From the IMG/VR virus record IMGVR_UViG_3300008111_000003: a stretch of 64,000 nt of DNA; one strand, written 5' to 3'. The number at the start of each line of letters is the position of its first letter. Positions within the stretch are counted from its first letter, which is position 1. A program made the translations under genes and the position numbers. The notes below the pieces were generated by a model that worked only from the letters and a program-made list of their open reading frames with translations, was not told where the DNA came from and made no database searches. The stretch comes from a virus. Shown here in pieces: positions 19,052-27,539 of this stretch.

Positions 19052-19124
19052 GGGAGCGTAGTCCAACGGCAGAGACAAAGGTCTTAAGAACCTTAAAGTG
19101 CGGGTTCGAATCCCGCCGCTCCTA
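19052..19124 (+). tRNA. tRNA-Leu(UAA), short variable loop, CCA not encoded
   Basis: GGGAGCG/CGCTCCT acceptor, AAGGT-CTTAAGA-ACCTT anticodon arm, GCGGG-TTCGAAT-CCCGC T arm. Confidence 0.9.
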
Positions 19125-19161
19125 TTTATTTGTCTATTATACTCACTAAGGAAGAAATCTT

Positions 19162-19380
19162 ATGAAGAAAACAGAAAGTATCGAACTAAATGCTATAGGA
19201 TCAAAAGTTAAGTTGGAAGATGATGTTATTGGAACCGTTGTTGGTATTAATATATCTCATAATAATTCAGTATCTTACCAAGTTGGTTGGTGGAATGGAC
19301 GATCTTATAGTAAGGATAATTTTCTACCACATCAATTGGTCGTTACTACTGATGAAAAAATGCGTATAGGTTTTGTATGA
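19162..19380 (+). CDS. hypothetical protein (SH3-like)
   Basis: IGSKV...G.VVGI..YQV. Confidence 0.6.
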   Translation: MKKTESIELNAIGSKVKLEDDVIGTVVGINISHNNSVSYQVGWWNGRSYSKDNFLPHQLVVTTDEKMRIGFV

Positions 19381-19649
19381 ATGCTCTTGATTATCTAATA
19401 AAGTGTTGTGAAGAAAGTTTGATTTCTGGTAAAAATAACATCTCCAAAGTAACTATTATTAATGCTCAATATCATTTAGATAAAATACGCTCACAGATTA
19501 GTAGTATGAAACCTGTTGCTTGGGCTAGAAAAAATGATCGTGGAGACTTGTACGATATTAGAGTTGTACAAAATCCATACCTAGATCCATCTATTGTTGT
19601 ACCACTTTATTCTGATGGAAAAACACTACATGACAACTCAACCAAATAG
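19377..19649 (+). CDS. hypothetical protein
   Basis: ATGA overlap. Confidence 0.6.
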   Translation: MNALDYLIKCCEESLISGKNNISKVTIINAQYHLDKIRSQISSMKPVAWARKNDRGDLYDIRVVQNPYLDPSIVVPLYSDGKTLHDNSTK

Positions 19650-19974
19650 ATTTTTTCATGGTTTTGCTACCAATGATGGTAATCCTAAATCGCATGTTAT
19701 ACGATTCTTTATAGAAACTGTGCATGATATTAAAGACTATAATGGGGATTCTATTATAGAAAGAGTGTCTCGTATAGAGGATTACTACTTTAATGACGAA
19801 AGAATTGACGAACCATATTATATAGTTTATGCTTGGTTAAAAGAACATTTCAATGAATCTTCTAAAGTTATTGGTGCTTTTGAACAATTAAGTATGGCGA
19901 TAAGTTTAGTGGAACATTTGACAGGAAATAAGGTTATAGAAACTGGGGAAAATGTTGAGGCTTATCATCCATGA
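19630..19974 (+). CDS. hypothetical protein
   Basis: ORF track; start uncertain. Confidence 0.6.
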   Translation: MTTQPNRFFHGFATNDGNPKSHVIRFFIETVHDIKDYNGDSIIERVSRIEDYYFNDERIDEPYYIVYAWLKEHFNESSKVIGAFEQLSMAISLVEHLTGNKVIETGENVEAYHP

Positions 19975-20474
19975 CTAAAAAATACTCTATAGATTTCTTA
20001 GAGAGCGAAGGAGGATCAGCACAATTCTATTCTATAATTGGTCACAAAAAGATAGGATTTAAAGAATTTGCTAACAAAAGACTTGCTCAAAAATCGTACT
20101 CTATACAAAAAAAGTTAGCCAAATTAGGTCTGGCTCCTAAAGTCTATGGTAATTTAAGAAAGTTACCATTTAAAGGTACTCCATACAAATCTAACTGGGG
20201 ATATGTTACTCAGATTGTTAATGTGAGCATGAAAGTATCTCGTAAAAAAATTCAATGTCTAGTCGAACAAATATACGAAAAAACTAAACTAAAATTTTGG
20301 GATTGTCACGAACACAATGTTGGCAAAATTCGTCGTGGCAAAGATTATAAATTAGTTATTATTGATACTGGTCCCGAAAGTTTTACTTCAAATGCTAATG
20401 CTTGGGGAAATGAAAATCCGGGACCAAAGTGTAGTGAATGTCTTAAATTCAACTGTAAATGCTGGGGGTTTTAA
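19971..20474 (+). CDS. minimal protein-kinase-like fold protein
   Basis: EGGSAQF loop, GFK, LAPKVY, DCHEHN catalytic loop, IIDTG. Confidence 0.65.
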   Translation: MTKKYSIDFLESEGGSAQFYSIIGHKKIGFKEFANKRLAQKSYSIQKKLAKLGLAPKVYGNLRKLPFKGTPYKSNWGYVTQIVNVSMKVSRKKIQCLVEQIYEKTKLKFWDCHEHNVGKIRRGKDYKLVIIDTGPESFTSNANAWGNENPGPKCSECLKFNCKCWGF

Positions 20475-20821
20475 TGCCATATATTAAAGAACAAAATAGA
20501 GAACGGTTAGATGGATGTATTGAGAATATGCTAGGATGTTTAAGAGATAATGTGCCTCCAAATAAGGATAATCCTTACTCAAATCCCTATAAAGAACAAC
20601 TAACTAATGATGAGTTTTTGAGTATTTGTGGGGATATAAATTACGTTTTCTCTAGAATTATTTCAGGAGTTATGGGGGATGTATCATATCCTAAGATAGC
20701 AATCGCTACTGGTGTATTAGAGAATATAAAGCAAGAGTTTTATAGGCGAGTTTGTCAAAATTATGAGGATTTGAAAATTCGCCAGAATGGCGATATTCCA
20801 GAATATAAAAAATTTACTTAG
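20474..20821 (+). CDS. conserved phage hypothetical protein
   Basis: MPYIK..R...G.INY...GVLE.IK.EFYRR...YED.KI..NGD. Confidence 0.75.
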   Translation: MPYIKEQNRERLDGCIENMLGCLRDNVPPNKDNPYSNPYKEQLTNDEFLSICGDINYVFSRIISGVMGDVSYPKIAIATGVLENIKQEFYRRVCQNYEDLKIRQNGDIPEYKKFT

Positions 20822-20830
20822 GAGATTATT

Positions 20831-21175
20831 ATGTCTAGAGATTATGATAATATTATTAAAGAGATAAATAAAAGTAATAAAGATATTCATAATATAGACA
20901 AAAATCTATCTAAAGATATTGATAGTCTCCAGAAAAATATGAAAACGATAGAAACAAAGTTAGCCAAAATAGATATCATGTTAGAAAAAGTATATGATCT
21001 TCTAACTGCCATAACTGTTTTTATTGAAGATGCCGACGATGATGATGCTGATGATGACGATGTTGAAGATTGGACTCCTTATGATGAAAGAAATTTTGAA
21101 TTAGGAGATAATGACACAGATGATGAAAACTACGGATTAGATGATGGTTGGGAAAATCATCAGGACGAAAGTTAA
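20831..21175 (+). CDS. coiled-coil protein with acidic tail
   Basis: AGGAG SD; D-rich C-terminus. Confidence 0.7.
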   Translation: MSRDYDNIIKEINKSNKDIHNIDKNLSKDIDSLQKNMKTIETKLAKIDIMLEKVYDLLTAITVFIEDADDDDADDDDVEDWTPYDERNFELGDNDTDDENYGLDDGWENHQDES

Positions 21176-21417
21176 TGGCTAGTTTAGCACTAGCAGCATC
21201 AATCGTGGTGCTATTTGTGTTGTTGATTGGGCCAATAACATATTTATTATCTAGACTAAATTTTCCATCATTTATAATCTATCCGCTATCTATTTTATCT
21301 ATAATTAGTGGAATTTGGTTTATAAGCATAGCATTACCAATATGGTATCTAGGATTAATACCAATTTATTTGGGCTATATAAGTATCTCAAGAGTGCGAA
21401 AAAAGAATCAAGGTTGA
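21175..21417 (+). CDS. small multi-TM membrane protein
   Basis: three hydrophobic segments, basic tail. Confidence 0.65.
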   Translation: MASLALAASIVVLFVLLIGPITYLLSRLNFPSFIIYPLSILSIISGIWFISIALPIWYLGLIPIYLGYISISRVRKKNQG

Positions 21418-21483
21418 CAAGCCCAAACGACGATGTAGAATGGGAGCATCACAGGTCGATTCACAGGAAATTGGAGAAACACA

Positions 21484-24144
21484 ATGAAGTTGGCAGATCG
21501 GGTTATTGATACTCATAGTTCTGGTGTTCGTAGTGCGTCTGGTTTTACGATTGCACAAACGAGTAAAATGTTTAAGATTCTGTCGGACTCTCTTTATTCT
21601 GACAAAATTCAAGCACCTATTCGTGAACTGTCTACTAATGCCTACGATTCTCATGTTGCAGCGGGCAATAAGAATCCTTTTAAGGTGACGTTGCCAACTG
21701 CTGCTAATCCTAATTTTACAGTGCGTGATTATGGTACTGGTCTTAGTCAAGAGGATATGGAGAACCTATATACCACTTATGGTGCAAGCAACAAGAATGA
21801 TAGTAATGATTTTGTTGGTTGTCTTGGTCTAGGTTCTAAGAGTCCTTTTGCCTATACTAAGAGTTTTACAACTAGTTCTTATTTCAATGGTAAAAAGTAT
21901 ACTTATGTAATGTCTATTGATGATGCTGGTGTTCCCACACACAATTTGTTCGATATTTCTAAGACAAATGAGCCTAATGGACTAGAGATTAGTTTTGCTG
22001 TTAAGCAGCACGATTTTCATGAGTTTAGTCTAAAGTCCATGAGGATTTTTCATTACTTTAAGATGAAGCCCATCATTGAAGGTGGTACTATCTCTTATAT
22101 TAATGATCATAGTTATAGTCATAAGAATATTGTGATTAGTGGCGAAGGTTGGAGAGTTTGTCGATTTAGTAATGACTCTCGCCATTTTCCTAATGCTCAT
22201 AATCATATTGACAGCGGTATTGTGGCTCTCATGGGTAATATTGCTTATCCAGTAGTTGTGTCACAATTGATCGGAGAGCAAAAGTCTGAGCAACCAGATC
22301 ATATTCAAAAGTGGAATAGAACATTTGGCAAGGCAGATATTGATAACTGGCGTAGTTTTGTTTCAGAGATTACGAATCAGAATCTTTATCTTGAACTTGA
22401 TTTTGGTATCGGTCAACTTGAGATGGATGTTTCGCGTGAGGGTCTACAGTATACTAAGGAAGTTATCCGTACCCTGCGTAACAAGACTCAAGAAATCTAC
22501 ATGGAGATGAAAGAGGAATTCAGCAAAAAGATTGCTAGTGCTAAAACTAAGATTGAAGCAATACAGAGTTATTATACCCTTAATGATCTTGCTGGTGGTT
22601 GGGGAGTTGGTGCTAAGTGGAAGGACAGCAAGGGAGTAGAGCATGATATTAACAGCGGTGATGATCTAGAGTACAAGTTTGGAGCCAACAAGAATCTGTA
22701 CGCTATTAATTTTAGAACCGCTGGCTATAGGTCTAGGCGTATGGTTTATCTGACAAATCATATTCACTTGGCTACGTTGTCTGGCAAGGGTGATTATTAT
22801 TACGGTAGTCGTAAGACTGGTAAACTAGTATTCTTTGTGTGCGATGTTAAGAGCGAAGAAACTGCCAAAAAGATTGCTATTCGTTATTGCAACGAGAATG
22901 ACTGCTATGCTTATTTGATGATCGATTCTAAGAATATTAACGAATCAAACAAGGGTTTTGAGTCTCTAATCAAGGATGTTGGTGAGGAAAATATAAAGAA
23001 TATTTCTGAGTTCAAGGACTTGATCAAGAGCAATTCTCCTAGAAAAGCATCTAATCGTTCTAGTCAGGGAAGCGTTAGTGATCAAGATGTATTCTTTATT
23101 TACGGAGCATCTAAAAATAGTGGCACTCTACTTGTTGACTATAACGACGCCTCTTTGCTAAAGACTTTAGATCAAGACGAACTTGAATCTTTTGAAGATA
23201 GTGATACTATTGTTTACTTGCCAATTACTAGATATGCTGTAAATCAGAACGAGGGATTTCCAGAAATTTGTGATTTGCACAGTATGATTAACGAACCTTC
23301 GTTAGCAGATTTTATCAAGGAAGTTTTTGGTAAGACCAAGATTTATGCTATCAAGAGTAGTGTTGCTAAGAAGATGGTGGAAGAAGGTGATCGTAACATG
23401 ATTACATTCAACGATTTCTTCAAAGATAAACTACAAAATGTTTTCAAACCAAAGTTTGAATCAGTATCATGCTTTAATAGTATCGTAGAGTTTTGCAAAA
23501 AAGAGTTCTCAGATCGTGAATCGTCCAGTTATAATTACTATCATCAGTATGATGTTCTTGGACGATTTTGCTACACGATTCTAAACTTTTTTGGACTAGA
23601 CTATGCCAAATATATTAAAAACAATAGTCTGGTCAAGGTTGTTGATTCTTATCTAGTTATGGAGTTTTTTGCTGAGACAGTACATCATCATACTTACAAT
23701 ATCAATGGCTTCAAGAAAAGCGATTATTATGATCATATGAATAAGTTGTTTGCTGATATTGGTATTGATAGTGTTGATGCTGAATTGGTTAAGAAAACTA
23801 ATGTTGCTTTCAACCAACTTAACAATTGGCTAAAGCATACTCTATATAGGGATGGTTCTGGTGATAATTGGGCTAAACTAATCTCTTCTGATAATAAGAG
23901 TAGCCATAGTCTGCCAAAGGCTAGTGAACTTAGAAAAATTATTAAAGAACAGGTTGACAGCAACCCGACAATCAAGTATATTATGGCTACCACTCCCAAC
24001 CGGATTGGTATCAGAAATATTACATCCAAGAATCCTATTACTAATAGTACAGATAACTATAGTAGAGACAACACTTGGATTGTGAGTATGGATGATAGTA
24101 TGATAGAATTGTTTAAGATTCAGTTGAGTAGTTTGATTAAGTAG
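21484..24144 (+). CDS. rIIA: RIIA-like protein (GHKL ATPase N-domain)
   Basis: LYSD...IRELSTNAYD, VRDYGTGL, GCLGLGSKSPFAY, SREGLQY; followed by rIIB; promoter 21414-21441. Confidence 0.88.
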   Translation: MKLADRVIDTHSSGVRSASGFTIAQTSKMFKILSDSLYSDKIQAPIRELSTNAYDSHVAAGNKNPFKVTLPTAANPNFTVRDYGTGLSQEDMENLYTTYGASNKNDSNDFVGCLGLGSKSPFAYTKSFTTSSYFNGKKYTYVMSIDDAGVPTHNLFDISKTNEPNGLEISFAVKQHDFHEFSLKSMRIFHYFKMKPIIEGGTISYINDHSYSHKNIVISGEGWRVCRFSNDSRHFPNAHNHIDSGIVALMGNIAYPVVVSQLIGEQKSEQPDHIQKWNRTFGKADIDNWRSFVSEITNQNLYLELDFGIGQLEMDVSREGLQYTKEVIRTLRNKTQEIYMEMKEEFSKKIASAKTKIEAIQSYYTLNDLAGGWGVGAKWKDSKGVEHDINSGDDLEYKFGANKNLYAINFRTAGYRSRRMVYLTNHIHLATLSGKGDYYYGSRKTGKLVFFVCDVKSEETAKKIAIRYCNENDCYAYLMIDSKNINESNKGFESLIKDVGEENIKNISEFKDLIKSNSPRKASNRSSQGSVSDQDVFFIYGASKNSGTLLVDYNDASLLKTLDQDELESFEDSDTIVYLPITRYAVNQNEGFPEICDLHSMINEPSLADFIKEVFGKTKIYAIKSSVAKKMVEEGDRNMITFNDFFKDKLQNVFKPKFESVSCFNSIVEFCKKEFSDRESSSYNYYHQYDVLGRFCYTILNFFGLDYAKYIKNNSLVKVVDSYLVMEFFAETVHHHTYNINGFKKSDYYDHMNKLFADIGIDSVDAELVKKTNVAFNQLNNWLKHTLYRDGSGDNWAKLISSDNKSSHSLPKASELRKIIKEQVDSNPTIKYIMATTPNRIGIRNITSKNPITNSTDNYSRDNTWIVSMDDSMIELFKIQLSSLIK

Positions 24145-24180
24145 TTTCACAGGTACTAAACACACTAAGGAGTTTTTATT

Positions 24181-25053
24181 ATGGCCGTTCCGTTTATGTT
24201 TGTTGATGGTAATCTGACGCTGGTACTTAATAACAAGAGTTATCAGGTTCTACCAGATCATATTAACTATAGAATGATTCTGGATATTCTTCCTACTGCA
24301 ACTTCAGATGAACTACTAAAGGTGGTTGATCTAGAAAAAGCAGTTGCTACATTTAGCGATGGTCTTGTTGAGATCAAGAATGGTCAGGTCACTTATGAGG
24401 GCGAGACTGTTCATGGTAGTATCAGTAAGAGAATTCTAGAGTTTATGAGTAAAGGTCTACCCTTTGAACCTCTCGTTAAGTTTCTTCATAATGTAATGGA
24501 GAATCCTAGTATGCAGAGTCAAAAGGAACTTTATGATTTCCTTGAACATGAGCATCTGCCTATCACTGAGGATGGTCATTTCCTAGCGTATAAGGCCGTT
24601 AGGAATGATTATAAGGACAAGTATCGTGGAGCATTTGATAATAGTGTAGGCAACACTGTTAAAATGCAGCGAGCAAAGGTTGATGATGATCGCTCTCGCG
24701 GTTGCTCTGATGGACTTCATGCTGGAGCATTAAACTATGTTGCTGCTTATGGTAGTGTGGAGAGTGGTGATCGTATCGTAATCGTAAAGATTAATCCGCG
24801 TGATGTTGTTAGTGTGCCTACTGATTGTAATTGTGAGAAACTTCGCACTTGCCAATATGTAGTTGTTGGAGAGTATCAAGGCGAACTTCTCAAGCCTCTT
24901 TATTCGTCTAACTTTAGTTATGACGAGCAAGATGATTATGAGGATGATGATGACTACAATATTGATGAATCATACTGGGATCAGTTTGATGAAGATGTTG
25001 ATGATGAGGACGATTACAATGAGTACGATGAGGAAGATGACGATCAGTATTGA
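24181..25053 (+). CDS. rIIB: RIIB-like protein with acidic tail
   Basis: NPS...ELYDFL, ITEDGHFLAYK.V, CSDGLH, VKINPRDVVSVP. Confidence 0.9.
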   Translation: MAVPFMFVDGNLTLVLNNKSYQVLPDHINYRMILDILPTATSDELLKVVDLEKAVATFSDGLVEIKNGQVTYEGETVHGSISKRILEFMSKGLPFEPLVKFLHNVMENPSMQSQKELYDFLEHEHLPITEDGHFLAYKAVRNDYKDKYRGAFDNSVGNTVKMQRAKVDDDRSRGCSDGLHAGALNYVAAYGSVESGDRIVIVKINPRDVVSVPTDCNCEKLRTCQYVVVGEYQGELLKPLYSSNFSYDEQDDYEDDDDYNIDESYWDQFDEDVDDEDDYNEYDEEDDDQY

Positions 25054-25070
25054 TTATTGATCGTTGGAGT

Positions 25071-25137
25071 AAAGTGGGCTTGTGGACGAGAAACGTGCCG
25101 TGCGGCTCGTTGGGTGGTTCGATTCCATCCTCACTTT
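25071..25137 (+). ncRNA. tRNA-like element / pseudo-tRNA lacking D stem
   Basis: AAAGTGGG/CTCACTTT acceptor-like stem, GGTGG-TTCGATT-CCATC T arm, ACGAG/CTCGT stem. Confidence 0.55.
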
Positions 25138-25149
25138 TAAGGAAATACT

Positions 25150-25536
25150 ATGAACGACAACTACGACGACGAAGATGACGGATATGACGATGATGACTAC
25201 TATAATTATGATGATAATGATCAGTACGATCCTTATAAGTTTTATTTCAAGTTTGACATAAATCCTAATTCGTCATTATCTAGTTGGATTACAGATCTTA
25301 TTAACTTTCCGTTGGTGTCGTTTCCTGTGAATAGTTATATTCCCAATACAGGCGATGGAACTAAAAATCCATTCCTGTATTTGGGGAATAACTATCATAA
25401 TCATCCAATATGGAAAAATAAATATCTGATCAAAGATCAAATAAATATCTTATACAAAAATCATATCTCACAACATTCGATACACTTTCTAAAACAACCA
25501 ACATACTACAAAGGAATGTTTGATATATTAAACTAA
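25150..25536 (+). CDS. hypothetical protein with D/Y-rich N-terminus
   Basis: AAGGA SD. Confidence 0.65.
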   Translation: MNDNYDDEDDGYDDDDYYNYDDNDQYDPYKFYFKFDINPNSSLSSWITDLINFPLVSFPVNSYIPNTGDGTKNPFLYLGNNYHNHPIWKNKYLIKDQINILYKNHISQHSIHFLKQPTYYKGMFDILN

Positions 25537-25540
25537 ACTT

Positions 25541-25963
25541 ATGAAAGAAGACTATCTAATCATATCAGATTTTGATGAGTTCATTAATGCTTCAAGACGT
25601 TTGGTATTCAAATGCTTTGGAGAAAAACAAATTGACGAGTCTGATTTATTTACAGAACTAAATGAAATAGATCAAGAAGAACTAGATTCTAATTTATCTT
25701 ATGATGAGTCAGCAATAATAGCAAAAGACATTCTAATAAAACAAAAGCATAAAGTGTCTGGAGATACTAGATATTTAGTGACTGATGAAAAGTATATGGT
25801 TATTCTGGAAGAACTTAATACTAGACTAGCAAGCAATCTGTTAAATTCACTAGTTAACAAAGGATTGGTAGAAAGTGCATATGATGATGAATCAAATGAC
25901 TTTGTTTTTTGGATAAAAAATGACAACAAAGACGAGCAAAAAGAAAAACCAGAAACCGATTGA
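25541..25963 (+). CDS. hypothetical acidic protein
   Basis: ORF track. Confidence 0.7.
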   Translation: MKEDYLIISDFDEFINASRRLVFKCFGEKQIDESDLFTELNEIDQEELDSNLSYDESAIIAKDILIKQKHKVSGDTRYLVTDEKYMVILEELNTRLASNLLNSLVNKGLVESAYDDESNDFVFWIKNDNKDEQKEKPETD

Positions 25964-26345
25964 ATATGATATACATCTAAAGTATATCTGCAAACAATGT
26001 GGTCAACCTCATTGGTTGTCATTCAAAGAAGCATCAACTAAAAACTATAAAATAGTGTGTGATTGTAACCACACCTTTCAAGTTAAAAGAGTAGCAGGCT
26101 TTAAACTCAAATACGATTCGATAAAAATAAGCAAGCCCGTCTCCGCGACATCTAAGCCAGTTACAAAAACAGATCAAAGTATACCAAAAGATTTATTAGA
26201 TACTGTTGTTAACAGTCTAGTTAAATTTGGCTTTACTGTTAGCGAAGCAAAGTCTTTAGTAACTAAAAGTTATAACGATTGTCCCACAAACGATATTGGA
26301 TTATTAGTCAAACAAACCTTGGAGTCACTTAAAAATGTCGAATAG
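25920..26345 (+). CDS. Zn-ribbon plus RuvA C-terminal (domain III)-like protein
   Basis: CKQC...CDC; C-terminal VVNSLVKFGFTVSEAKSLV...LVKQTL; directly upstream of ruvB. Confidence 0.65.
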   Translation: MTTKTSKKKNQKPIEYDIHLKYICKQCGQPHWLSFKEASTKNYKIVCDCNHTFQVKRVAGFKLKYDSIKISKPVSATSKPVTKTDQSIPKDLLDTVVNSLVKFGFTVSEAKSLVTKSYNDCPTNDIGLLVKQTLESLKNVE

Positions 26346-27231
26346 TATTAGTAGGCCATCAAAATTTGATGATATTATTGGTCAATCAGAAGTCATCAAT
26401 CGCCTAAAGATCATGGTGAGGGGCTGTTTAAACTCTGGTGGCGTGATGCCGCACGTTTTAATAGACGGCCCACCGGGCCTTGGTAAGACCACTATAGCGA
26501 GTTCTATTGCCAGTGAACTAGATACAACGATCCGCACACTGAACGCTGCAAATATTCGTAGTGTAAAAAGTATACTACCATATTTGATGAGCATACAACC
26601 AAGATCGGTCCTTTTTATAGATGAAATCCATAGACTACCAAAATTAGTAGAAGAATTCTTATATCCCATTATGGAAGATTTTGTTCTTCATATCACCCTA
26701 GAATCTGAACCAGAGTCTATTGATCTGCCAATGTTTACTCTTGTTGGTGCTACAACTAGCGGAGGCAGTTTAAGTCAGCCGTTTTATGATCGTTTTACAA
26801 TCAAAGAGCATTTGTCTTTTTATACACCCGATGAGTTAGCCAAACTAGCAGGATTGAATGCTGAAAAACTCGGACTATCAGTATCAGAAGATCACTTGCT
26901 AGAAATCGCTAAAAGAAGCAAGGGAACTCCGCGTATTTTAAATGCTAGACTATTGTGGTATAAGAATTTTATTAGTTGTGAAAGTTCATCAGTAGATGTA
27001 AATACTATTTTTGATAGTCAGGGAATTGACTATAGAGGATTAGATATGTATGATAGATTATATCTTGATGTATTAACTAAGAACAAAGGTAATCCATTAG
27101 GACTAAAAAGTATTTCATCACTAACTGGTATAGCAATAGAAACTATTGAGAATAGTATAGAGCCATATTTATTAAGAGAAGGTTATGTTATTCGTACCCA
27201 AAAGGGTAGGGTTATAGGTAAAAGACCATGA
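26335..27231 (+). CDS. ruvB: Holliday junction branch-migration ATPase
   Basis: RP..F.DIIGQ, GPPGLGKTT, FIDEIHRL, FTLVGATT, GTPRI, IEPYLLREG.V.RT.KGR. Confidence 0.95.
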   Translation: MSNSISRPSKFDDIIGQSEVINRLKIMVRGCLNSGGVMPHVLIDGPPGLGKTTIASSIASELDTTIRTLNAANIRSVKSILPYLMSIQPRSVLFIDEIHRLPKLVEEFLYPIMEDFVLHITLESEPESIDLPMFTLVGATTSGGSLSQPFYDRFTIKEHLSFYTPDELAKLAGLNAEKLGLSVSEDHLLEIAKRSKGTPRILNARLLWYKNFISCESSSVDVNTIFDSQGIDYRGLDMYDRLYLDVLTKNKGNPLGLKSISSLTGIAIETIENSIEPYLLREGYVIRTQKGRVIGKRP

Positions 27232-27536
27232 AAAATGAACTTTTACTAGACATAGTCTTACTCGTACTCAATCTTTTTAGTTTTGCTTTTGGTCTAATTT
27301 TAGGACAATTATGGACAAGTTCTAGTGTATATAATAATTTGGAAAAGCCCAAGTCTTTTCTGCAAAAGAATAATGAGTCTAATAAAGAAAAGATAAGTAT
27401 TGATGATAAAAAGATTGTACTAGATATTAAAACTGGTGGTATGGAGAAAAAATACGAAAATCTTGGAGAAGTTAAACAGTCATCCGACACTATATCTTCT
27501 TCTGTAGACAAACTAAAACAACTAAAAAAGGGGTGA
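27228..27536 (+). CDS. N-terminal TM protein upstream of actin
   Basis: TM helix then charged tail ending VDKLKQLKKG. Confidence 0.7.
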   Translation: MKNELLLDIVLLVLNLFSFAFGLILGQLWTSSSVYNNLEKPKSFLQKNNESNKEKISIDDKKIVLDIKTGGMEKKYENLGEVKQSSDTISSSVDKLKQLKKG

Positions 27537-27539
27537 TTT

